NCBI GenBank assembly: GCA_009839405.1
Contig: VXPR01000550.1
Span: 1-34,785, forward strand
Source of the DNA: Gammaproteobacteria bacterium
GTDB lineage: Bacteria > Pseudomonadota > Gammaproteobacteria > Pseudomonadales > Azotimanducaceae
Length of the DNA stretch: 34,785 nt
Direction of reading: 5' to 3'
Shown: piece by piece, positions 17,772 through 26,091 of the stretch
Layout of the letters: each line of letters begins with the position of its first letter
Position numbering within the stretch: position 1 is the first letter of the stretch
Made by a program: the position numbers and the translations under genes
Notes under the pieces: generated by a model
What the model saw: the letters and a program-made list of their open reading frames with translations, nothing else
Databases searched by the model: none
What the model was told of the DNA's origin: nothing

Positions 17772-17849
17772 GTAGGGACCGGCTTGTCCGGTCCCGTTTT
17801 GGACGCTTGCGACGGACTCGGTACGGGACGGGACAAGCCCGTCCCCTAC
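17772..17849. repeat. Inverted pair of REP-like palindromic elements with GTAG heads (REPIN-like doublet)
   Basis: Copy 1 (+) is GTAGGGACCGGCTTGTCCGGTCCCG (17772-17796). Copy 2 read on the minus strand is GTAGGGGACGGGCTTGTCCCGTCCCGTAC (17849-17821). Each folds into an 8-bp stem. The differences between copies are compensatory in the stem. They are separated by 24 nt in a convergent intergenic region. Confidence 0.55.
17775..17800 (+). terminator. Hairpin plus GTTTT; candidate intrinsic terminator of the P450 operon (also REP copy 1)
   Basis: GGGACCGG-CTTGT-CCGGTCCC forms a perfect 8-bp stem with a 5-nt loop (17775-17795), followed by GTTTT. It lies 26 nt downstream of the methyltransferase stop. 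Confidence 0.45.
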
Positions 17850-17957
17850 GGCCCATCCATGTTCCTTCCGCGTCGACGCCCCGGCGTCCTCGGCAGGTGA
17901 ACTCGGTTGACTCGAGGGGACCGAGAATCCGCTCCAATCGGAAGGACCCCAAACCTC

Positions 17958-19127
17958 CTAAAGCCGCTCAGACCTTCCGAGCACGCTGATGGCGTGCTTG
18001 AGGTGGAGGGCCAGCTCAAGGTCGTCAACGGCCACGGCTTCGGCCTTGCGGGTCTCGAGGTCCGCAAGCTTCGCGGCGAAGGCTGCATCGTCTCTCGGCG
18101 CAAAGGTTGGGCCGTCCGTGGCGGCGTCCATGTCATGGCCGTGGGCGCCCGGGACGAGGACGTCGAAGTCCTGCTTGAGCACCGAGTCGGCTGGGGCCTG
18201 GCATTCGGCCACGTAGTTGAGGGCACCTGCCGGCTGGCGGTAGCCGATCAGGCGTTGCAGCGATTCCGGCAGTCGGCGAGCCAAGTGTGGTGGGCAGGCG
18301 AGGAGTTGGTTCTCTTCTTGGGCGAGGAAGGCGAGGGCGTAGTTGATGTTCATGCCGATGCGGCGCTCGTTCGATGTGTTGGTGCCGGCGCCGTGTACGG
18401 ACCATCCGGTCCAGATCAGCACGCTGCCTTGCTGCATCTCGGCCTGGATGGTCGGTTCACGGTGTGCCTTGGGGCCGCCCCGGGGCTGGTCCCTGTGGCT
18501 GCCGAGGACAACGTGGGTGGCGCCGTTCTCCCTGGTGAAGGGGGACAGCGCCCACATCACCTCCATCTGTGGATCGAGGCCTGCCTCCTCGAAGTTGTAG
18601 ACCCACATGCCGTTGGCGCGGTGCATCTTCAGGTGGTGGGGCATGGCGTCGGTGCCGCCGCCGGGGCCCACGTCGATGATCTGGGTGAGATGGAGCTGCC
18701 AGGGGTAGCGGAAACCCGTTTCGCCCTTGCCCGTGCGGTCGCCGATGCGCACCGCATCGCCGGAGAGACGCTGCTCGCCGAGCACAGACTGCGCCAGCCG
18801 GAGAATCGCGGGGTGGGCGACGAAGCGGTGACTGGCAGCGGAACGCGCCACCAGCGCGCCAACCCGGCGCGTACCGCCGAGCCCGTGCAGGCCGTGGGGC
18901 GTGGCGTCGATGAAGGGGCGCATCTCGGCCACGAGCTGCTCGCAGTCGGCTGCCGGCACGGCGTTCTCTATGACCACGAACCCATGCCGGTCGAGCGCTT
19001 CGAGAACGTCTGCGTCGAAGGCGGTTTCGTTGCCGGCCTTGGCGGCGGCGGCATAGTCGAAGCGCTCGAGCGCGTGCTTGCCGAAGGCGTTGTGAACGAC
19101 AGCGTCCGTCGCGTGCTCCATTGTCAT
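17958..19127 (-). CDS. Phytanoyl-CoA dioxygenase (PhyH) family oxygenase with C-terminal extension
   Basis: I chose the start at MTMEHATD (ATG 19127-19125), in an ATGA overlap with the acylase stop. FVVIENAV..., an HxD-like region and VLGSHR ... WTGWSVHGAG fit the PhyH family. About 70 extra C-terminal residues. The 507-aa track ORF N-terminus is Arg/Pro-rich and overlaps the upstream gene. Confidence 0.75.
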   Translation of the reverse strand: MTMEHATDAVVHNAFGKHALERFDYAAAAKAGNETAFDADVLEALDRHGFVVIENAVPAADCEQLVAEMRPFIDATPHGLHGLGGTRRVGALVARSAASHRFVAHPAILRLAQSVLGEQRLSGDAVRIGDRTGKGETGFRYPWQLHLTQIIDVGPGGGTDAMPHHLKMHRANGMWVYNFEEAGLDPQMEVMWALSPFTRENGATHVVLGSHRDQPRGGPKAHREPTIQAEMQQGSVLIWTGWSVHGAGTNTSNERRIGMNINYALAFLAQEENQLLACPPHLARRLPESLQRLIGYRQPAGALNYVAECQAPADSVLKQDFDVLVPGAHGHDMDAATDGPTFAPRDDAAFAAKLADLETRKAEAVAVDDLELALHLKHAISVLGRSERL

Positions 19128-21439
19128 TCGACCCGCCATGTTTCCTCGATGCGAAGCTCGTCGCGGAGGAGGCTGACGGTGTGGTGTTCGCCTTTGAGCC
19201 ACGTGGGGAAGTGATCCGTGACGTGAGTGCTCCCCGGTCGGCCGCTGTTGCCGGAAGCGATGACGAAGCGGCAGTGGTCGGGGTCTGCGAGGTCCACCAC
19301 GAGCCGGAACGCGGGGCCGTGGAAGACCCGTTGCGGCACTCGATCCGCGCCGGACTCTCGACCCGGCCCCTTCCCCATGTGAACCGCCATCGCCAATGTT
19401 GTCGGGCTGCCGCCCAAGGGTTCGGGCCCCACCTGCATCGCCTGCCACCGTTCGCGCTTGCTCAGCGTGTGCCAGAAGCAAATCTGGTGCATGTCGCCAA
19501 AACGCCAGCGCGACGGATCGCCGAACTGCTTCTCTAGCGCCTCATGGACTTGCAGGAACGTGAGCCGGATCGCGCGCCCTACCTCGTCAACATCCCATAG
19601 CGGCGCGGGGTATCGACTCGGTTCCACCTTGTTGAGGTTCGGCGCCGCGAGAGGCTGGGCGACGAAGTCCTCGCCAACGTTCTGGGCCAGGAATCGGCAA
19701 TGCCACATGCGGTCGAGGAAGGTGTAGTAGATTGTTGCGGCCTGGGACTCAGGAGCGGCGCGCAAGTCCCACGCGGCGAGCGAGGTGTGCAGGCGTTCCA
19801 GCCGAGCGTCGCCTGTGCCCGCGAGGAAGGGCAGGAGTTCCGGCACGAGGGCTTGGGCGCGCAGATCCTTGAGGTCCGCCTGCATGGCCTCGAAGTCGGC
19901 CATAGTGAGGCCGGTTCGATCACCCACCAGCTCCGTCACGCGATCTGCCCTTGCACTTGCCGCCGCAAAGGTATGCACCGGGAACGGAAAGCCCTCGCCG
20001 AGCGTGTCGTTGTTGGCGGTCACCGAAAACCCGCTCGGCGGGTCGACTTCCACCGTGAGTTCGGGGGCGGTGGTTTTCTCGAAGTCCCAGCGTGCATCCC
20101 AACCAGCCAGCGGGACGACGCCGGTCACGTCCCTGCGTTTGGGGAAAGTGGCGACGATGAAGCGCCGCAGCGAATCGTGGCGATCCACAGCGATTATGTT
20201 GTTCACGAGCGGCGAAACGTCGCCCTCGAACAGGGTCTCGCCGAACTCTTCGGTGTTGGTGGCGAGAGGAAGGCGGGCCAGCGTGCCAGCGGACGTGGCC
20301 TGGTGCCCCAAGGCCCAGCGCACCGATGTTCGATAGCGTCCTTCCGGCTCCTCGCGCATGCCGAGCTGGTGGGTGAGCGGCTCGAGCAACGGGCCGTGCG
20401 GCCCCCACGCCACCTCGAAATCGCGGTTTTGCCCTCCGCGCACGGCGATGGTCTCTCGTCGGGTCTGAATGGGCTGCCAGCCATTTGGCGTGCGGATGCG
20501 GTCGCCTTCCACCTCTTCGATATACACGTCGTAGTTGTCGATCATGCCGGTGGTGAGGCCCCAAGCGACGTCGCGGGTGTAGCCCATCATGAAGTACGGC
20601 ACGCCCGGAAAACTGGCTCCGAACACGTCCCATCCCGGCGCGTGCAAGTGGACGTAGAAGAAGGTGTTGGGGATGGAGTGGGGCTGGTGCGGGTCCGTCG
20701 CCAGCATGGCCTTGCCGGAGGCGGTTCGCGCGCCGGTAACGGCCCAGTTGTTGCTGCCGCTCGGCGCATTCGCTTGGGGTCCCACCTTGGCGCCGATGTT
20801 GACGAGGGCGATGGGGGTTAGGTCCAGTTCCCTGAGCTGCGGTTCAAGTCGCCGAACTTCCTCGGCGTCATGCTCGGAGAATCTCGGCGCGTGGCCACGA
20901 AAGCGCTCGATGCCGTGCCGCGCCATGATGCGCCCCAGGAACATCTTCTCCGGCCAGCTTCGCGCCTGGAACCAACTCGTGAAGCGATAGCGCGAGGCGA
21001 TGTCGGCGCGGGTAAAGGGACGCGGCTCGGCGTCGATGCCGGCGAATTCCGGTGGAACTTCGTCCAAGGCTGCGACGCAAGCGTTCAGACCATCAAGGTA
21101 GGCATCGACGATCGCGTCGCCGGCGCTGTCGGGGATGCCAAGTCGCTTCGCCGGAACGTCGAACGCCCTGTGCAGGAGGTCCTGCGGCACGAACCGCTCG
21201 CCCATCACCTCCGCCGCGTTGCCGTTGGCGTAGAGGCACGACAGGTGAATCTGCCAAAGCCGCTCGTGCCCCTCCACATAGCCCATGCCGCGAAACGCAT
21301 CGGCCACGGTGGACGCATAGACATGCGGAATTCCGAAATCGTCCCAGCAGATTTCGAACGTGCCGTCGCAGCCCGGAATGTTGAGTTGGCGGTTCATGTT
21401 TGGTTGGAAGCTCCGCAGTTGCCAAACGGCACGCGCCAC
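19124..21439 (-). CDS. Penicillin acylase family protein (peptidase S45, Ntn hydrolase)
   Basis: GIPHVYASTVADAFRGMGYVEGHERLWQ (alpha chain), then the processing site and nucleophile GSNNWAV, then LATDPH...PGVPYFMMGYTRDVAWGLTT. The start is uncertain: GTG at 21439 or ATG at 21397 (MNRQL). Neither start gives a recognisable signal peptide. Confidence 0.85.
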   Translation of the reverse strand: MARAVWQLRSFQPNMNRQLNIPGCDGTFEICWDDFGIPHVYASTVADAFRGMGYVEGHERLWQIHLSCLYANGNAAEVMGERFVPQDLLHRAFDVPAKRLGIPDSAGDAIVDAYLDGLNACVAALDEVPPEFAGIDAEPRPFTRADIASRYRFTSWFQARSWPEKMFLGRIMARHGIERFRGHAPRFSEHDAEEVRRLEPQLRELDLTPIALVNIGAKVGPQANAPSGSNNWAVTGARTASGKAMLATDPHQPHSIPNTFFYVHLHAPGWDVFGASFPGVPYFMMGYTRDVAWGLTTGMIDNYDVYIEEVEGDRIRTPNGWQPIQTRRETIAVRGGQNRDFEVAWGPHGPLLEPLTHQLGMREEPEGRYRTSVRWALGHQATSAGTLARLPLATNTEEFGETLFEGDVSPLVNNIIAVDRHDSLRRFIVATFPKRRDVTGVVPLAGWDARWDFEKTTAPELTVEVDPPSGFSVTANNDTLGEGFPFPVHTFAAASARADRVTELVGDRTGLTMADFEAMQADLKDLRAQALVPELLPFLAGTGDARLERLHTSLAAWDLRAAPESQAATIYYTFLDRMWHCRFLAQNVGEDFVAQPLAAPNLNKVEPSRYPAPLWDVDEVGRAIRLTFLQVHEALEKQFGDPSRWRFGDMHQICFWHTLSKRERWQAMQVGPEPLGGSPTTLAMAVHMGKGPGRESGADRVPQRVFHGPAFRLVVDLADPDHCRFVIASGNSGRPGSTHVTDHFPTWLKGEHHTVSLLRDELRIEETWRVE

Positions 21440-21618
21440 GTCAACGACGCGTTCGTGCCTCCCCTCACGGCCCGCATTCTATGCCGTGTCCCTGGAATGC
21501 CTTGCCCAGGTCGTTTCGCGTTTGCCCGAATGTTCGCTGCGGAAGGGCCGCCTGAACATGGAACATCCGGGTGCGGTCGCGTAGGCTCGTGGCGATTTGC
21601 TGCAGGGAGGCATGGCCA

Positions 21619-22557
21619 GTGCCGGACAACGACGACGACGCACGCCGCAACGCGCACCCGGATCTCGCTGCCCTCGCCGGCGGGGTCGCTGTCATCACCG
21701 GCGGCGCCTCCGGCATCGGCCTGGCGCTGGCGGAGCGGGCCATCGCTGGTGCCATGAACCCCGTGCTCGCGGACATCGAAGCTGGTGCAATCGCCGCTGC
21801 AGAGGCACAACTGGCGGGCGCAGCTTCCGCTGCCGGCGTCGAGGTGCTCGGCCACCGGGTCGATGTATCCGATGAGGCGGCGGTGTTCGGTCTTGCAGAT
21901 GCGGTGGGCAAGCGGTTTCCGAACAAACCCGTGTCCATGCTCTGCTGCAACGCCGGGGTGGGCGGCGGCGGTGCGATCCTGCGCGCCAGCGACATCGACT
22001 GGGATTTCGTGCTGGGCGTGAACGTCAAGGGCGTCGCCAACTGCGTCCGCGCCTTCGTGCCAAGAATGCTGGAAGAGGGTGCGCCCGGGGCCATCGTCGC
22101 CACATCGTCCCAGGACGGCCTGTGCGCGGCGCAAGGCGTGTACGGCGTCTCGAAGCACGCCTGCGTCGCACTTTGCGAGGCGCTGTACCAGGAACTTGGC
22201 GGGCGGCTATCGGTACACGTGCTTTGCCCCAACGTGGTGGCAACCAACATCGTCACTTCCGAACGCAACCGGCCCGAGCGATTCGGGGGCCCGCGCGTGA
22301 CTGAAGCCGCGAATCCCATCGCCGAAGGATTCAAGAAGTACGGCATGCCACCTTCACGATGCGCCGATTTCGTCTTCGGGGCGATTGAGAGTGGCACCTT
22401 CTACGTCATGGCCGAAGCCGAAGACGACCCTGGCCACATCTACCGCCAGGCCGAAACGCGGATGAAGGGGATTCTCGAAGACGGTCTTCCCTATCGGCCG
22501 GGGAGCCCGCTCATCGCCAAGGTGTACAACATGGCGAGGGCGAGGCGGTCCGAGTAG
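21619..22557 (+). CDS. SDR family oxidoreductase
   Basis: I chose the GTG at 21619, 8 nt after an AGGGAGG RBS. VAVITGGASGIGLA, NAGV, S...YGVSKHA. The track ORF starts at another GTG (21571). Confidence 0.8.
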   Translation: MPDNDDDARRNAHPDLAALAGGVAVITGGASGIGLALAERAIAGAMNPVLADIEAGAIAAAEAQLAGAASAAGVEVLGHRVDVSDEAAVFGLADAVGKRFPNKPVSMLCCNAGVGGGGAILRASDIDWDFVLGVNVKGVANCVRAFVPRMLEEGAPGAIVATSSQDGLCAAQGVYGVSKHACVALCEALYQELGGRLSVHVLCPNVVATNIVTSERNRPERFGGPRVTEAANPIAEGFKKYGMPPSRCADFVFGAIESGTFYVMAEAEDDPGHIYRQAETRMKGILEDGLPYRPGSPLIAKVYNMARARRSE

Positions 22558-22615
22558 CACGCGTTCGGGCCCCGATGGGGACGGCGCGTTACCATCGACC
22601 CACCACAGCAAGGCG

Positions 22616-23518
22616 ATGAGGCAGCCAATGGCCAATGCCCAGACCGGTCCAGGGGTCGTCGACACAAGCGACGTAGGCGTCCTTTCCATCGCCAAGACGA
22701 CGCTCATCGACACGCGCTTTGCCATGGCCTATGCCGCTGGCATCAATGACGCGAATCCAGCCTATTTCGACGACCTCGCCCCCGGCGGCGTCAAGGTGCA
22801 TCCGGGGATCGTGTTCTCGCTGCAATGGCCAAGCCGCTTTCGGCCCGACCAAACGCCGAATCTGCGTGCCGCGCCGTTCGGGGTGCACGCCTCGACAGAC
22901 CTCAGAATCCACCGGCCCTTCCGCACGGGCGAGGCCATCACCACCCAAGGCATGGTCATCGGCAAGCGGCAGATTGGGCCCGGCGTGTACACCCTGGACC
23001 GCTACCGCATGACGGCCAGCAATGGCGAGCTGGTCGCAGAGCTCTACTACAACGGCATCACGCGCGGCGCAACGCTCGATGGGCCGGATGCCATCATCGA
23101 CGACGAACCCGCTTGGCCGGCGCTGGCTTCCGCCGGAGACACCGTGCTGTGGCGCGAGGAACTGCCCATCACCCTGCACGCCGCACAGCAGTACACCGAG
23201 TGCGCGCGCATCTACAACCCGATCCACACCGAGCCCAGCGTCGCCAAGGCGGCGGGCCTGCCGGCCATCATCCTGCACGGCAGCGCCACCAAGGCCATCT
23301 CCCTCAGCGCCGTCATCAACCGCTGCTTCGACGGCGACCCAAGCCGCATCACCCGACTCTGTGGCCAACTGCGCGCCATGGTGCTGATGGACACCACCAT
23401 CGCCGTGGAGGCAATGGCGGAGGAGATCGCAGACGGCGAGAAACGCGTGCTGTTCCGCACCGTGACCGAGGATGGCGAGCGCGCCGTCAGCAACGGCATC
23501 GTCTGCGGCCACGCATAG
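22616..23518 (+). CDS. MaoC-like double hot-dog dehydratase/hydratase family protein
   Basis: Two hot-dog halves. The second half contains YTECARIYNPIHTEPSVAKAAGLPAIILHG, the MaoC dehydratase signature region. The start may instead be the ATG at 22628, which has a GAGG 6 nt upstream. Confidence 0.75.
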   Translation: MRQPMANAQTGPGVVDTSDVGVLSIAKTTLIDTRFAMAYAAGINDANPAYFDDLAPGGVKVHPGIVFSLQWPSRFRPDQTPNLRAAPFGVHASTDLRIHRPFRTGEAITTQGMVIGKRQIGPGVYTLDRYRMTASNGELVAELYYNGITRGATLDGPDAIIDDEPAWPALASAGDTVLWREELPITLHAAQQYTECARIYNPIHTEPSVAKAAGLPAIILHGSATKAISLSAVINRCFDGDPSRITRLCGQLRAMVLMDTTIAVEAMAEEIADGEKRVLFRTVTEDGERAVSNGIVCGHA

Positions 23519-23525
23519 GAACGCC

Positions 23526-24257
23526 CTATTCGGCGGCGTCGATCGCCTCGCAGAAGGCCTTATGTGCAGAGGACCGTAGGCCATCCTCCACGACGCCGAC
23601 GGCAGCGGAGAGATCGCCCGCTAGCAACGCTTGCGTCGCCAGGCGCAAGCCCGGAAAAACATGGCTTTCGATGACACCAGCCTCGTTGGCCGGGAGGGGA
23701 ACGTAGTCGCCGTCTACTAGCTCCCACCAATCGATCCGGGAGTCGATAGTTCGCCAGACGATGTATTCCTGCACACCGTTGCGACGGTAGGCGTTGCGCT
23801 TGGCGTGCAGGTCGATGGACGCGCTGCTTGCCGCCAACTCCGCAACGAGTTCCGGCGCGCCTTCCAGATAGTCGTCCTCGCTGATCGCGCTACTGCCGCC
23901 CGCCTCCTTGTCAATGCGCAGATGCGTGTCCGGCTGCGGCTCGTTGTCGAGGTCGAGGCGAACGGTGGCGTTGTCGCCAACTCGGACCCTTGGCGTTCGC
24001 GCTGCATACAGAAACAGCAATCCCTGAAGCGCCGCATGCGGATCGCCGTGGACGTTGGTACGGACCGGCAAAGACACGTACACGATTCCTTCGATGAGTT
24101 CCGCTTTCTTGATTTCCGGACACGCCGCATAGCGTCGTTCGAACTCGCACCGGGTCAGGCGGTCTCCGCTTTCAAGGATCGGAATACACGCATCCGTGCC
24201 CCGCTCGGACTGGCGTCCGAGCATCGGTTGCCTTGGCGCAAGCTCGAAGTCAGGCAC
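23526..24257 (-). CDS. Uma2 family (DUF820) putative restriction-endonuclease-like protein
   Basis: AELIEGIVYV...GDNATVRLD...PQPDTHL...APELVAELAASSASIDL..K...Y...GVQEYIVW follows the PD-(D/E)xK Uma2 pattern. The exact start is uncertain (24257, or MLGRQ 33 nt downstream). Confidence 0.75.
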   Translation of the reverse strand: MPDFELAPRQPMLGRQSERGTDACIPILESGDRLTRCEFERRYAACPEIKKAELIEGIVYVSLPVRTNVHGDPHAALQGLLFLYAARTPRVRVGDNATVRLDLDNEPQPDTHLRIDKEAGGSSAISEDDYLEGAPELVAELAASSASIDLHAKRNAYRRNGVQEYIVWRTIDSRIDWWELVDGDYVPLPANEAGVIESHVFPGLRLATQALLAGDLSAAVGVVEDGLRSSAHKAFCEAIDAAE

Positions 24258-24316
24258 GCGGTATAGACCTTTGCTGCCGCTTGGGTGGATTATGCCACCG
24301 ACGTTCCTGGAGGCTC

Positions 24317-25442
24317 ATGCAAATGCGACGTTCTGGGGTGCGGTTTCCACAGTTGGAACCCGATTTCCTGCGCGGAAGGCTGGCGCCGCCCGACGGGCCG
24401 GTGCGGGTGTTGATCGATACCGACGCGGCCAACGAAATCGACGATCAGTTTGCCCTTGCCTGGGCGCTGTTGTCGCGCGGTCGCTTGCGGATCGAGGCTG
24501 TCACTGCGGCGCCGTTTTCGTTCCAGCACCATCGGGCGGGGCTGCTGGCCGCCGAAGCCTGGCTAGATGGCGTCGCCGGCCAGCGCTCCGGCCGCTCGCA
24601 GAGAACCGCCCCGCCCGTCGACGAAAGCTACCTCGCGTGGGCAGCGCCTGCACGGCGAGGGCCGCCGTGCGTCGGAGGTGGAGTTCGTCAATCCCGCCGA
24701 AGGCATGGAGCGCAGCTATCAGGAGATTCTGCGGGTGTTCGACGCGCTGCGAATGGCGCGTGCGGGACGCATCGTGCGGGGTGCGACGGGCTATCTCACC
24801 TCGCTCGAGTCGCCGCCGACACCGCCAGCGGTGGAGGCAATCATTGATCTCGCCAAATCCGGCGATGCACGCACGCCCTTGTATGTCGTTGCCATCGGTT
24901 GCGTCACCAACGTCGCCGCGGCGCTGCTGCGGGCGCCGGAGATCGTGCGGGACGTTGTGCTCGTCTGGACATCTGCCTATCCCTCCTCCGCCCCGCACTG
25001 CAACCGCCCTTCCCTGAACCTGATGCAAGACCCGCTAGCCTCGAGGCTCTTGTTCGACTGCGGCGCGCCACTCCTCTATCTGCCCGGCTTTCACGTCGGC
25101 GCACAGCTCAGAATCTCGCGCCCGGAGATGGATGCGTTCGTGCAAGGCCGCAGTGCCATTGGCGACCTTCTGCATGACCTCTACACCGACAACCCGCTGC
25201 ACCGGATGTGGGCCTCGCAGCACGATGCGAAGCGCACTTGGATCATCTGGGACATCATCACCATCGCGTGGCTCTTGAATCCCGACTGGGTGCCAACCCA
25301 TCTGACCCGCGCGCCCATCCTGACGGAGGATCTGTTTTGGCGACACGAAGCGGGTCGCCACATGATGCGCGAGGGACACGACGTCAACCGGGACGAGATA
25401 TTCATGGACTTGTACGAAAAGGTGGCACAGGCGCAGGATTGA
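24317..25442 (+). pseudogene. Inosine-uridine-preferring nucleoside hydrolase-like gene, frameshifted
   Basis: The N-terminal VRVLIDTDAANEIDDQFALAWALL (DxDxxxDD calcium/ribose motif) lies in one frame (ORF 24233..24847). The rest of the domain (PLYVVAIGCVTNVAAALLRAPEI...VLVWTSAY...WDIITIAWLLNP) lies in another frame (ORF 24567..25442). The frame switch lies roughly between 24560 and 24660. Confidence 0.65.
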
Positions 25443-25479
25443 GTCGGGTGCCGTCACCCCACAGCGCCCTTCGGCCCCC

Positions 25480-26091
25480 TCAGCCCAACCTCGCTTCGAT
25501 TTCCGTGCCAAGAAACTCGGTGTCGAGGTAGCCCCCGGCCATCAGCGTCAGGTCATCTCCGCGCCCAAAGAGGAAGCTCGGCAGCGCTCCGGCGCCCTGG
25601 CGACGGCTGCGGGTGAAGCCCCATTGGGTGCGCGTGGCAACCTCCGACGAATCCAGCCGCTGCAGGAAATCGTCAACATCGATGCCGAACTCCACTGCCT
25701 CGCTCGCGAGCACGTCACGGTCGTTGATGTTGACAGCCTCAAGGAAGAAGCACTTCTGCAAGCGGTGCAGGTAGTGAAGCGGTGGTTCGCCCAAGAGGTC
25801 GCGGGCCGCTTCCACGGCGCGGCAGGGCAGCAGACTGTTGTAGATGCAGCCCTCGGGAAAAATGTGGCTGAATTCCTGCCCGGTCGTGGCGGTCACTTGG
25901 TGCCATAGGCCATCCAGGCGCTTCTGGCCGTAGTCGCCGATGGGTTGCGTGGCGTGGGTGTTGATGCCGCCCAGGATGAGGTCGAAGTCCACCCGGCCGG
26001 CAAACGCGGCCATGGCGTTCTCGACGTGGCGCGATGCGGCGAAGCACCAGGAGCACATCGGATCGGTCACCACCACCAGACGGGGGTTCAT
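25480..26091 (-). CDS. DsbA-like thioredoxin-fold protein (CSWC motif)
   Basis: MNPRLVVVTDPMCSWCFA carries an N-terminal CxxC in a DsbA/HCCA-isomerase-like context. No signal peptide. The ATG forms an ATGA overlap with the stop of the SelD fusion gene. Confidence 0.75.
   Translation of the reverse strand: MNPRLVVVTDPMCSWCFAASRHVENAMAAFAGRVDFDLILGGINTHATQPIGDYGQKRLDGLWHQVTATTGQEFSHIFPEGCIYNSLLPCRAVEAARDLLGEPPLHYLHRLQKCFFLEAVNINDRDVLASEAVEFGIDVDDFLQRLDSSEVATRTQWGFTRSRRQGAGALPSFLFGRGDDLTLMAGGYLDTEFLGTEIEARLG

Noticed and set aside
24560-24660. Programmed ribosomal frameshift in the nucleoside-hydrolase-like gene.
   Set aside because: No slippery heptamer or obvious downstream stimulatory structure was seen in the switch region. 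A simple indel, real or artefactual, is the more economical explanation.
25446-25459. Small hairpin GGGTG-CCGT-CACCC between the convergent nucleoside-hydrolase-like and DsbA-like genes, considered as a terminator.
   Set aside because: The stem is only 5 bp and there is no U-tract on either strand. This is not enough to call it.
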